From: Tubulanus polymorphus
Taxonomy: Eukaryota > Animalia > Nemertea
Direction: 5' to 3'
Assembly: GCF_964204645.1 (NCBI RefSeq)
Contig: NC_134035.1
Location: forward strand, 1,550,001 to 1,614,000
Length of the DNA stretch: 64,000 nucleotides
Below are positions 13,900 to 26,642 of the stretch, one piece after another. Numbering within the stretch: position 1 is the stretch's first letter; each line of letters begins with the position of its first letter. The position numbers were made by a program, and so were the translations under genes. The notes beneath the pieces were generated by a model, which saw only the letters and a list, made by a program, of their open reading frames with translations, had not been told where the DNA came from and searched no databases.

Positions 13900-14410
13900 G
13901 CTGTGGAACCCACCTCTAACCGTGAAACTGAGTCTAGAGTAAAATCAAACCCATACTCAATAGTGGAACTGGTCTCAGGGTCAAATTAAACCCATCCCCA
14001 ACTGTGGAACTGGGTCTAGGGTCAAATCAAAAACCAACTCAACCGTGGAACTGGTTTCAGTCAAATTGAACCCACACAACTGTGGATTTGGATCTATAGT
14101 CAAATTAAACTCACACTAACTGTTCAACTGGATTCATCCATAGTCAAATTATACCAAATCAACAGTGGAACTGATTTCAGAGCCAACAATCAACAGTGGA
14201 ACTGATTTCAGAGCCAACAATCAACAGTGGAACTGATTTCAGAGCCAACAATCAACAGTGGAACTGATTTCAGAGCCAAATTGAACCTACACAACAGTGG
14301 AACTGGATTCAGAGTCAAATTTAACCCACTCAACTGTGGAACCGGATTCAGAGTCGGGTTGGATCATATCACACAACTGTGGAACCGGATACAGAACTGT
14401 GAAAACCGGA
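13900..14410. repeat. Minisatellite (degenerate units of about 40-45 bp with four near-perfect 31-bp units at 14158-14279)
   Basis: Recurrent CAAC(A/T)GTGGAACTG..TTCAGAG(T/C)CAA. Confidence 0.85.
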
Positions 14411-17400
14411 AGCACTAAAATGAATACGAGGTTTTTTTTTTTTTGATGAAACGAAGTTGATACCAGAATTAGATGTTTAAGCTTCACGCAGACGCAGGTC
14501 TGAGACGACGATAGCAGCCGGCAATATTGTAACTAACAAAAGAATGCCTGATTATTTTTTATGAAGTAGATAAACATTTCATCCGGCAACGTCTTCATAC
14601 AGGTTCAATCATAAACACACACGCAGGATACCGCGCCTTCATAAAGTACACGACCCCCCCCACGCTCGCTCGCTCGCTCGAAACGGAGGTAATTTCATAC
14701 AAAAATTAAAACATTCATAAAGCGAGTAAAAAAGAGTAAATAAGGTTTAGTCGGTGTAAAACTTGGAACTCGGATAATTAATGAGTTTGTTCTGAAGTCT
14801 TAATCACCCCGCTGCGCGTATTAAAACACAAACAGAACACAAAAAGGGGAAAACTGGAACATAAAATGTTGACAGAGAGATTCCGTGTTTTTTAGAAGTC
14901 GGAAAAAGAGATGTTTTAATTGTTTGTTTGAATAGATTAAAACGCAAGCATAAGCTAATGAAGACCTCGAAGAAAGAAAAGAGAAAGAGGAAGAGAAGAA
15001 CGATGGAGACTTTTTTCAAAGTTAGGTTAATCATCTAAATCACTGATATCCAACGGAATGTGGAGGTCTAGATTGTCTTCAGTTGGAACATCTTCCATAA
15101 GTTCATTCTTCATAATCTATTAAGGCATTACCGCCGGTATTTGGAAATGGTAAGCCGAAGACTGCAGGGCCCAGTTCCATAGACCTAAATCCAAAAGAGG
15201 TCTTAGTTAGATTGGCTATAGAACTAAGTTGGTCTTAGACTGGCCTTAAATCAAAGCCATGACTGAACCGGACCCAGGACCTTAATATTGAATGTGGACT
15301 GTGGAACAGGGTCCTGAAAACTGGTCCATCCTTCAAATTAGGGGTACGTCCATTAAACTTCGGGGCTATCTAGTGCAATCTGCTGCAAGCGTGCCAGGCT
15401 GACAGCCCCCACCCCCCCACCCCCTGAAGTGACTTCTCCCCCCATTCTCATCATTTCAAAGAGCGACGTACATCATAAGAGCTGAAATTCTTGTCGGTTT
15501 TATCAACAACAATGTACGCCTGCTCTAGCTCCCAGTAAATATAGAAACGTCAGTTCATCTGTATGCCACATACACACACACACATACACAGATACCGGCA
15601 GACGGACCCAGTACACATACACCACAGTAATCATCAGGTATTCCTTCGACAAGCGAAGATGGTGATGCGAGCATCTCTTTCCTCCCAATGAGAGGAGCAG
15701 CAGCTTAATCGTAGATAATCCAATTATTACCGCGAACCAATTATTTCATATATGCGGCCGGTATACGAGAGCGAGGTGAATCTGCCGACGAAAAATAACT
15801 AAACATAACTCGTCGGTGCAACATTAGCGCCTTACTTCGCACCGAATCCCGCCCGTCGAAAGCTATTTCTACACGCAACACGATAACATCATACGAAACA
15901 TTTTTGAAAAGTTGAAATTTGCAAAATTGTCTGCGTAGACTGAAAGACGCCGATTTTACTACGGAAACTGTAAGAAAACGCTTTTCATTTAGAAGTTTCG
16001 AATTGTTTAAAGTTTGTAAACAGCCTTGCCTAGATGTCTATCGCGAGGGAAATGTTGAAGCGCTACAGCCAATGAATGCGTACCAATAAAAAGTGGCCAC
16101 CTTATTTTCGAAAGATGTACCCGGCATTAGAAACACATACCCCAGTTTCGAGCCTGTACGCACAGCTAAAAATACCTAACTCATAATCAGGACCCAGATG
16201 AGCGCTGAGTTTAGATTGCTTCATACCGAGATACATAAGTCTATAGATAATCATCGAACTGGATTCTGGACTAGCTCAACATCAGAAGCATAAATCTACG
16301 ACATCGTTTAAAGTACAAGCCGCTGAACTAGAATAGCATTTTTTACTGAACATAATAGAAAAATGCGGGGAAGGTGCATTTCTGTGGACGTTTACGGAAA
16401 ACCAGAGAATATCGCAGACGATCTGAGAGGTACCCCGAGAGCTACGGCGGCAAGACAAAAACGAGACAGTCGTTTCAGGCTATCGACTGAAACAAGAGAT
16501 TAATCTATCATAAAATGGAAGCTCGATTACGCAACCTTTGTCTAGTTCGCTATAGGGGTAGGGGGATTTTTATACACGCGCAGATAAACTTCAGGAGAGA
16601 AGAAACATTAAATTTTATACATGGGGAAAGGTATATCTTCACAGGGGAAATGATATATCGCGCAATCGACCTGACAATCGCCCACAGCCAGTCTTTCCTT
16701 CATCTCTCCCACCCTCTCTTGAGGGAGTAGAGAATACAGCTCAGTGTTTTTTAACTTTATACCCCTCCCTCCTGACGGTTGGATATAGATAATGGTGTCG
16801 GCAAGAAAAACATGAAATATGCACGAACTGAAATAGTTTTCATATCTCTCATATCTAGACCTGGCCGAATGCTATTTTCAACAACAACAACTTCAGGATA
16901 CGCGGTGTAACTCCCGTTAACCAAAATCCGACTATGAAAACTAGCGGCTGAGATGAATATCCCTGATGATATAAACGACTATAGGAAACGACAACATCGT
17001 TTACAGATTTCAGAAGCCAGTTTCAACTTAAATCCAAAACGTTAATAATTCACCTATAATTGAAGTGAGTTAATGTTCGGACCCATTTCATGCAGGACCC
17101 ATTTCAGCTGCAGTTCAGTGTGTTCGGATTTGACTCGGAATTAACTCACTGAAAATGAACTGATTTTAACTGTGCCGAACCAGATCCTCAGTGGTTGAAT
17201 TTGACTACAATCAAAACTAGTTCATTTTCAAATCAACTCCGCAGTCAAATGCCAACTCGCATTCTCAGTAGCCGAGCCCCAGTTTAAAGACCCGATTTAG
17301 CTCAATCCCTTTAAGGTTGATGAGGTTGATTCAATGACTGGTAAAATAAACTGGTTTACTAAATTGCTGTACAGTATGCAGCCCTTGATTTCGAGGTAGT

Positions 17401-17684
17401 TATTGAGTGTTTGGGTCACTGAACAGTATACTAGCGACATATATGCCAAAAGGGGCCACAATTGAATTTGGAAAGACGTAGAATAGACATTTGGAAAAAT
17501 ATGAGGCCAAAGTGCAGAGCAAAGAATCCGAAATGCCCAGTTATATATAGACCAGTGTTACCCTATATGGGGTTAACTTAACTTAATCCAAATTGCGTTC
17601 AACCTCGGGTATAAGCAAAAACCCCGTCTATAAAACTCGCCCGAGAAATGCTAAAATAATAATCATGAAAATTGCCGAACTTAC

Positions 17685-17827
17685 TGTCTTCGTTGAGAAG
17701 TGAATTTTCTTTGAACCACGAGATGTTCGGTTCGGGATCTGCTTGTATCTGACACTCGAATACCAAACGCCCGGTTTCCTGTTTAATCGCTGGTTTCTGT
17801 ACAAACGTCGGCGCAACTCCTTCCGGC
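17685..17827 (-). CDS. unc-22: Twitchin exon, first half of Ig domain 2
   Basis: TGTTTTTCAG|G CCG GAA.. encodes PEGVAPTFVQKPAIKQETGRLVFECQIQADPEPNISWFKENSLLNED, donor A|GTAAGT; phase 2 to phase 1. Confidence 0.9.
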
Positions 17828-20800
17828 CTGAAAAACACGTGAGTTATTAAATCTAACGAAATTCAAAACTACAATCGCAACAGAGAAAAATCTACGGATT
17901 CAAGGCCGTATCGATCGGGGTGGTCTGACGAGACGTCCGATTGAGACCCTCAAAATTTTGACCCTTGAAATGCCCCATTTATTGAAAGGTGTTCAAGTCA
18001 AAAAGGACCCGAAAAAAACGAAAAGGTTTCTTTCAGCAAAACGAAGACACACTTTCGTAAAAAATGCGGGAAAGGGTATCATTCCGGTAGAGGGCGCCGT
18101 TGTCAAAGTGCCCTATTTCAATAACCAATTTGCCCTAAAATCATTTGTGCCCTTAAAAGACCTAAATTAGGTAGAATTTGATGACGTAGTCTGAAAATCC
18201 ATATTTATAAACCATGATCTCTAACACAGGAGCGTCAGATTTGCATACATGTATTCCATTCTTGAGGGTCAATTTTGAATGTTTTTCCAATGAAAAATTT
18301 CCACAACATACGTCACCAAGAACATATAAAACACCTTAATTCTTCAAGAAATTAATTCAAGCATTTGAAATATTTCATTTTCATAAATTTATCAATTTCT
18401 GTGCCCGTTGCAATGTCAGAATCCTCGATCTGGAATTGCAAATCTCTTATATGAAGATAATCCTTAAATTCATCGAAATTCAACTCAAACAATTTTTTTC
18501 TTATTTCTATACATCCATACAATAAACTACAGATAATTATGATTACTAAATTCCTATATGATACTAAATAATTCCGTAAAAACCACATTTCTACGCAATT
18601 CCTATGAAATGCAAGATATAATTTGGCCAAACCTAAAAATTAAAATTTTTTGTAAATCAAACGAATTCTTAGGAAAATTCTAGTAATTTCGTCGAAACCC
18701 TAAAAAACCTATATTAGCAAACCTTGATATGCCAATAAACCCGAAAAATGTATATAAATACGTATTTCATAACAAGAAATTCAAACGAAAATATTTGTTA
18801 AGAGATGATATTATAAATCGTTTTCGTAATTTCTGAAATCAATCCGTAAACGAAGAATTCATCAATATTTTACCTGCGGGCAAAAAGCGTAGTAAACCGT
18901 TGAAACGACTGGAACTGAACGCAGGACGACTGACGCGTGTGCGCGGTATCCTCAGGCACAGATATTACTACACAGTGACGGCTGGGTCAACATCATAACT
19001 AAGACAACTCTTCAGCGCTCTTATTATCTAAGACAACCACAGCCTCTTAAACTGTTCTAAAAATATTTGCGTTCGGTTTTTATATTTCGCGGCTTCACAT
19101 CAGCACTTACATAACGGAGATATGTCTAATACTACTACTACTAAGGGACCGCCGATGCTACTACTGCCGATTTTATCATTCCCATTCGAATGCAAAGGAT
19201 GAAATTAACTACAAAAATACGACTTCCATTTTTTTTCCGAAAAACCAAATCTCGTATAAAACAAAAAAATTTCAACGATATAAAAATTCATTTTCTCGCC
19301 AAGGTTTAAATCTCTGCTAGTACGACGAAGGGCAGATTTAGGAGGGCGGTCCCGGAGGTCCGAAGGTTCCAGCTAATTCAAGGTTGCCTTTTTCGTCAAG
19401 ACAACGATAGTTAAAACCTGCAAATTTGGCTTTCATCGTCTCGGAATTTGCACCTTAACACCGAGGGTGGGACCCTGTTAGTAACCTTTGACACGGCTGC
19501 TTCATTCCAGAAATGCCTAATCTTCTCTTCAGGACCCTGGCCTTCCAATTTTCCTAGATCCTCTGCTGACAATTCATCATCTAGAAGTTTTAATTTTCTT
19601 CAACATCTCAAATGATAACATTAGACAAAAATTACTTAATATTTGAGACAAATGTTTGAACATTTTAAACGTTTAATTTGATTATATAGAAAAATATCAA
19701 TCTGATATAACAAGGCCTTCAATGTACCACTTATGAAGCGGATGAAAAGCAAACGATATCTTTCTTATTCGAACGATATTTTTACCACATTCGATTTAAA
19801 CATTACTTTTTAGATATACTCTTCACAAGGTTTTATTCTACGTGCAGGATTTTCACATTTCTCTGCGCCGTGGGAAATTTGATAGTTATGATAGCTGAAC
19901 TTGTTAATTACTAATTACAAACGGTAAACAACATTGAAATCAAATTAAAAACTACGATTGAATTACAGGGGTATTTTGAGGGGACCTACAAGATACGGGG
20001 GCAGATCCACGACCCATTTTCCACTGCATCTCAGATTTAGAAGGGCTCTTTATGTTCTTTATATGGCCACACCTTTTTGTGGCCACAGACCAATTCTAAA
20101 TGGCCTTTTGCGGATAAGGGCACTTTTGTGGGAAAATATTGAGGTATATTTATTATCCCTCACAACTGAAGCCGTTTCATCCGTAATCAATAAATATGTC
20201 CTTTCAGACAATATGCACAGCTGAATACAACATCGACGCAAGGTCTTTTCTATAAAGAAACAATTTTTGGGGATCGAAATAAATTTTTCAACTATCACCG
20301 AGAAGAATATCCGACGAATGCGTACTTTCTGAGGTAAATATTTGAATGATCTGAACACATGATTATAAATCGTTTGTTTTTGTCGCTCGGTACTCCAGCG
20401 CCGTGCGTGGAGTAAACTACAGTTTACATTACGGTATAGCACCTCCGGTACCGAGTGGCGCGTCTATCAATACTTCAAATCTGCGCCACTGCGGTGAATG
20501 GTAGTTGGTACGTATGGCTGGCGCACAACACAGCTACCAACACCAATACATAGCGAGCTCGTGGCAGTAGCTAAAAATAAACGCTCGGCTTCGCATAGTA
20601 GTCAAAGTCTACTGAACGATATATACATTATTGTATATATACCAGAAAAATTGAAGCTCGGTAAACCACCCTACATATACACGATATATCTTCAATATCT
20701 ACAGGAAATCAAACTGAAATTCGTCGTATTATTCTGGGAAGCTTACAAAACGTCTCGACGCGCACATGAAAAAACAGTTCTACGAAAACTGGTTTGAAAT

Positions 20801-22002
20801 ATGCTCGAATATGCTTTGCCTCCCCCCCCCCTATAGATGACAGGTGGTCGCTGCGGTGGCACAAAGTGAAGACTCAAATTGCCAGCAGTTTTTTTATTAC
20901 TACCTTATGAAATTATCAAAGGAAATTCATCGCAAATCGAACATCAAATTCATCGCTCGTTTATCAATTAAACCGATTATTCAAACATTTTCTCATTTAG
21001 ATGAAATCTACATCAACAAAGAGATGATTTGGCTTGAAACACAGCACAGCAGACCCAGAAGTCAAAATAGCCTCACGAAACACCATCCAATCAGGGCTAC
21101 AAACACCGTGGTTTCAGTGGGTTGTTGCCCTAGAGGACGATCTACAACGATGTAGAAACACGAGACGACTTTCATCGCGAATTTCAACCGTCTCTCGAGA
21201 ATGCGAGGAAAAATTCGAAAAACTAACGATCTCCGCCTATCTTCAATCAACGTCTTCGACGTACATGATTCCTATGAAAATCTACCCATCCTTTTTCTTA
21301 TCTGCTTCTACTACAAGTTTTAACCCCGTGACCATTCATTCAACCGGTGTTTTTTTCTATCGCGTTACGTGCGAATGCCTCGGTCGGGATTTTTTAGAAT
21401 ACATTATCAACGCTGAATTCAAGGTGACCGAAGATTAAGACTTATCTATTTCGCCAGAGATTTGATGGTCTTTTGCTGAAACAACCATAGGCAGGGTGGC
21501 CACTTTCCGCCACTTTGAGTTTTCCAGGTTTTTGGTAAAATTTGTCAAATTCCCTGAGTTTTCCCCGATCTTTTTTGAATTTTTAGAAGGTTTTCCAGGT
21601 CAGTGGCCCTAACAGGCCATATAATATAGCAACAACCGTTTTTGTTTGGTAAAAACCCAAGTCTGGGTTTTCATATTGAAACAAAATGGTTTAATCAAAT
21701 TCACAACTGGCATTATATATATATTCTCCACAAAAGTGTTGACTAATAGCCGAATTCATAAACCCCGTACAAGGATATCAAGAAACGCATCTAGAAATTC
21801 AACTGTTGACGTTTAGGTCAAAGGGATTCGAAATTAGTAGCTAGTTAATAAACAAAGGAATCGATAGCTGAATCAATAAACCAATAGGTTAAAACTAGTC
21901 TTTATAAAGTCTGAACGAGTCCCCTGTAATTTCCATAGGTCTAGCTACCATATAAAATATCAAGATATATGAACAGTATATATATACATATATATTTATA
22001 CG

Positions 22003-22041
<39 letters not shown>

Positions 22042-23271
22042 ATATTTCTATTTGCATGATTACTCAGTATCTAAAACCACTGACGAGTAAAGAGTAACAA
22101 CTACTGGCAGCAAAACTTATTTTAGAATTTGCCGGCTATATGATACTGCAGCAATAATGCAGCAGCAACCGGTTCGAGCTGGTTGGTAGTTATAGTAAAA
22201 CGTTCTCTCCTCTCCCCCCTCTCTCTCTCTCTCACTCCTCGCTCGGTAGTAGATCTCCGCATATGGAGACACCGTTCAACTTCTCGTAGAGAAGAAAAGA
22301 ATTTCGATGTTTTTATCATCTGATCATCGGCTGCTGCCTGAGGAGCATAGAGAGATGAGAGCGGAGAGCGGAGAGAGAGGGAGAGTTTGTGCTACCGTCG
22401 TCGAAAAGAAAAGGCGTTCTAGAACAAATCAAACTTTTGATTTGAACTGCTAATTTCTATCGAATATATTTTGAATCTAGTTTTTGAGGTAAAATTCCAA
22501 ATAAATCTGCAACCCAAACCAATAGTTAGTAAACGACGTACAACAAGAAACAATCTAAGAAACAATTATGAAGTCATAGTGACTACTTGAGTCCAGCGTC
22601 ACAAAAAAGTAAAACTTTTTAAGTCGCGATTGGTCACTTCTTGTTTTCAATTGAATTCAGCTTTTCAAACTTAACCATTTTAAGCTTAGTTTTTATGAAC
22701 CGAGTTTTTTTCAAACCTAACATAAACTGGTAATTAAATACTAGCCAAACCCCTTAGGTCAAGACCAGGTTTATACAGTTCAAATTTCAATACAAGAGTT
22801 GAGTAAATTTAGTTAATCCCTGGACCGGTTTTTTACAGATGAGCTTTGATTTCCGCCCAAAAATAAACTAAGCTAACTCTAAGCAAATCTAACCGAATTT
22901 GAGAAATTTAAGAATCAACAAAAATATATCTAGCCTATAAATATGCACTTCAAAATACGAAATTTCTCTGAATATCAACGGCACAAACAACGATAGAATA
23001 ACAACACAGGTTGCTGACTACAGTGGCACCACCTTCCTATTCACCGCGTGTTGTTTTAACTGTTTTTTAACGACTTTGAAAGTGCAACCTTACAGTAATA
23101 ATTATAGCAGAAAACAAGCCTATTATTACATCCAAGGTCTTTATCGTTTGAACGCAGCGGAAGAAGTGTTGACGTAACAGAAATACACTCTAAAGTACAT
23201 CCATAACTGGCTCAATTTTCTAATCTTGTGACATCCTTTTTTCGATTATAAATTTCTTGTTCGTTACTTAC

Positions 23272-23284
23272 TTTTTCTCTCCAC
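23272..23284 (-). CDS. unc-22: 13-nt microexon of twitchin (Ig1-Ig2 linker, G-G-E-K-K)
   Basis: TTTCATTTTCTTTATTTTCAG|GTGGAGAGAAAAA|GTAAGT; converts the phase 1 donor of the Ig1 exon to the phase 2 acceptor of the next exon. Confidence 0.85.
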
Positions 23285-23845
23285 CTGAAAATAAAGAAAA
23301 TGAAAGATTTAGAAAACTATGAAAATATATATATTCATAGTTAGATACATCATATGTATATAACAATTTATGGAGAATAATGGAGATTGATTTCACAGTA
23401 GGCTTCTCAGAAAAAATATATTCTTCATTACTAGACATTGAATATTTTATCAACACATCCAAGTTACAGGCGGGTAGGTTCGGATATTTCTAGGAGTACA
23501 TTTCGTTTCTGCTTAATATTTGAATTAGATTAGACCGCAAAATTTATTTTTGGTTCATTCTAATCCCCTAACCCCCCCCCCCCCCGCGCTACAGGCAAAG
23601 ATGGCCTTTTTGGGTCAGGTTCTTAATCTCATCATTATCATCGAGAAAGACTGGTCTAATTAAGACTAAGTTAAAGGTCTAGATGAGTTGGAGCAGTCGA
23701 GTAGTCTGTCCCTAATTGTTGGTGGTAAGCTTCAATTAATCAATAATCGGATGGGCTTGTGGCTTGTGAAAATATCCGATCGAGAAACTAAACTACAGAC
23801 CACAGACACTAGGTAACTGACTAGATGAGTTGTAACAGGAGGGGT

Positions 23846-24352
23846 CTAAGGAAGTGACATGTCATGTAATCTGTGGAGGCGAGGCCGGTCACGGTGCCGT
23901 GGTCGTGTCGTGGTGGTCTTTTTATTGAATAACGTCACTCGTGTCTGAACAAGGTGTGGCGCTTCGTTGAAATATGAATAGCGGTCATGCGTGTAATCAC
24001 CATGTTTGTCAATTGTATATAGGGGCGTCAACGAAGCTATTCATATGGTAAATTGGGTAAATTCCGTGCTTTGAATGGAAGTTCAAACCACCGCCGATGT
24101 GTTCCATATTCATAGCGGCTGTAATAAATCGTCACACATCTTGAAGATGTACTCGAAATACTGATACCAGTAATAGGGTGCCTCCGGCGAAGTGTGTGGG
24201 TCAGCGTACCGTACCGTACGACACATGGCAAGAACCTGTTTATAAACAGGAAAGTCCGACCCAACAGTCGCTGGTGTTTTGACATGGGTTTTTAAAAGTG
24301 CCAAAAGATTTATTGAGGTGCGATTGCCTAAAGGCCCCTTCGAACTAGCCAT
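23846..24352 (-). pseudogene. Intronless ORF of unknown origin nested in twitchin intron 1, interrupted by three TGA codons
   Basis: TATATAAAAG at 24396-24405, GCCGCCATGG start at 24352. ORFs 24110..24352 and 23846..24031 share a frame and are separated only by TGA codons at 24110, 24083 and 24041. Confidence 0.4.
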
Positions 24353-24698
24353 GGCGGCACACCGAAAAATATCACAGAATCACAGAAAACTGTTTCTTTT
24401 ATATATATATAGTACCATGGATACTGGATGATCTAAGCTACAGTTCACCCCCAAACTTATGATACGAGCCCCTGTGCTTTCGGAGTGAGGCTCTAAAAGA
24501 AAAGGAAGCGTATTTCTTGGGTAAGGAAGCTACATCGAAGGACGTTACAAAGTAGGGTTCCTCCCTCGGGGTTTTCTTTCAGACCCCCTAACCCCTCCCG
24601 GATCGTGAAGGGAATACGACCGAAATGGAGCGCTTCTTTTGGACGCATCCAAATTTAAGAATTTACGATAGAGCTTGTGCCAGGTGTAACTAACGTAC

Positions 24699-24996
24699 CT
24701 CCGATGTTCAGATTGACATTAGCTCTCACTTCGCCCGATCTATTTTTCGCCACGACCTGATAACTACCGCCGTCCGAAGCCGCTACATTCGATATTTTCA
24801 AATTCACGTCGAATTTATTGACGCCGGCGTTATCGACGCTCATCTTGAGTCGGTCGGTCGGCGACAGTTTATCCGGTCCGCGAAACCATTGTACGTCTGG
24901 TTTCGGGGATGCTTGCAGTTGACAATAGAATATGATTCCACCCGCTTCTTGTCTGAGTTGCGGTTTGACAGTAAACTGGGGCGGTAGAGCCGCCAT
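24699..24996 (-). CDS. unc-22: Twitchin/projectin-like protein, first coding exon (Ig domain 1)
   Basis: Acceptor TTTTTTCAG|ATAG at 25015, ATG at 24996, MAALPPQFTVKPQLRQ..IFYCQLQASPKPDVQWFRG..DGGSYQVVAKNRSGEVRANVNLNIG, donor G|GTACGT (phase 1). From memory, closely resembles Ig1 of Drosophila projectin (KKPQLHQ..LIFECQLLSSPKPDIEWFR..YKVKAKNKSGEVSASINLNF). Confidence 0.9.
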
Positions 24997-25425
24997 CGTG
25001 CACACTTTTATCTATCTGAAAAAACATGAAAAGTGAAAGAAATTCAAGTTCACGTTCAAATTTATTTCTACCCAAAGCATACAAATATGCCGTGGTCTAA
25101 TCGAATTTATCTTAATGTTGACCATACATGGAGACAAGTGAAGTAATTTGAAAAGTTATGCGGCGATGATTTGATGTCGTTTTGAATAAAGAGTGCTCCG
25201 GTTTAAAGGACGAATCATTAATTTTGAGGATTTCGAAGTTTTTAGAAAGTGGGGCCTGTGTGCGCAGTGTTGGTGAGCACGGTGTAATCGAACAACGTCG
25301 TATCACGGCGGCGAAAGGTGTTAGTCTTACAGTCGTTGCTGTACAGAATCAGCGCTGTTTAAAAATAACCGTTGAACGTTAGAATCTACCGCACCATCTT
25401 TTATTAAATAACCAGTACTACTTAC

Positions 25426-25480
25426 TCCTCTCAGGCTGTAGAACGAGAAAACTATCTCGAAAGTTTATTCAGACGCTTTG
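25426..25480 (-). other. Candidate alternative non-coding 5' exon of twitchin
   Basis: Donor GGA|GTAAGT at 25426, 410 nt upstream of the first coding exon acceptor; upstream limit unknown. Confidence 0.3.
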
Positions 25481-26596
25481 AAAAGTAACGCATATATTGC
25501 TAATATTGGCGACAATAAATGATATGATACCATATGAATTACAGTTATCTACCGGCAACCAGTCTAGCCCCGATATATTGATGACGTAATGCACATCCTC
25601 TCAAAGATAATTAGACTTATGAAATATATTCACAATTAATGATAACTCAGAGTTAGCTTTAACTTATAACTGAGGAACCGAATCCAGGGTGTTAGAAGTA
25701 CGCGAGCATTAGAGCTGTCATTCTGGTCCCATAATTCTAACAAATTCTCACCCCGATAAATCAGACCGAATCATCAACTTCGTGTTATAGATTGTTAGGC
25801 ATTTACGTGATCACTTCGCATTGTAAATAAGTATCTCTAAAAGAACAATTAACCATTTTTACAGATAGGATATCATCTCAACATAAAGTAATTTCGATTC
25901 GAAGAAAAATGTTCCTAATGCCTTACTTCAAATGGCTACCACTAAGCGGGTGCCATATTCAGTATCTATAGTACCTGCAGATAATTGGTTTTGACGGTGA
26001 GTTTGGCTGTTCGGCTGACTAAACCAGCTCGTTATCTGGTTAACTTAATTCAGTACTGACCACAAATGTGTTATACGTGCAGTATGTGCGTGTGTGTTTA
26101 TATGCCTCAGGGTGTCGGGAATATACAAATGAAACAGTTGCGAAAGTGTAAACTCTGGTCGGTCAGAAAGTATCCCTTCCAATACTGAGATGTATATACA
26201 TGAATTCTACTTTGTCAGTGACCACCTTAAACTCATCGGCCTACACCGTTGATACATTTCTAGATTTAAAAAAGAAACTTATTTTTACATGGACGTGGTT
26301 TTCTGTGCTTTACCGATACGTGGTGATGATGGAGCAAACAGAAAATAAACTACATCGCAGATCTTTTAACAGACGTCTAAAAAAGCCAGTAGTTGGGGAG
26401 ATTCTACTACTTGGGAAAACTATACCCGATGCTTTCAAACAACGTCGAAAAACTGTTAACAGTTTTCGGCGTTGAATTTGACAGTGATGTTCGGGCGATT
26501 GTGGCGGGCTCTATAGACGCGGTAAACACGTGTACGGCGAGATGTTGTATTCGTATCTTAGTATTTGTTCACAAATAAAAACAGTAGAAAGTTTAT

Positions 26597-26642
26597 TTTC
26601 TAACAGTTTCGGGATTAATTCTTAACTCCATCATCAGAGAAA
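26597..26642 (-). ncRNA. Minimal type I hammerhead ribozyme motif (Penelope-like element type)
   Basis: TTTCT-CTGATGA-T-GGAGTTAA-GAA-TTAATCCC-GAAAC-T-GTT-AGAAA: stem I TTTCT/AGAAA, intact core, followed by AATAAA; flanked by an inverted repeat (26571-26596 / about 26660-26694). Confidence 0.65.

Noticed and set aside
16960-16995. CTGATGA...GAAACGAC hammerhead-like string
   Set aside because: Stem II is only TATA/TATA, there is no NUH cleavage triplet and no stem I.
4678-24996. Alternative identity as DIM-1 or another short Ig-only protein
   Set aside because: Not fully excluded because the Fn3 and kinase exons would lie outside the window, but the order and motifs of Ig1-Ig3 fit the projectin/twitchin N-terminus best.
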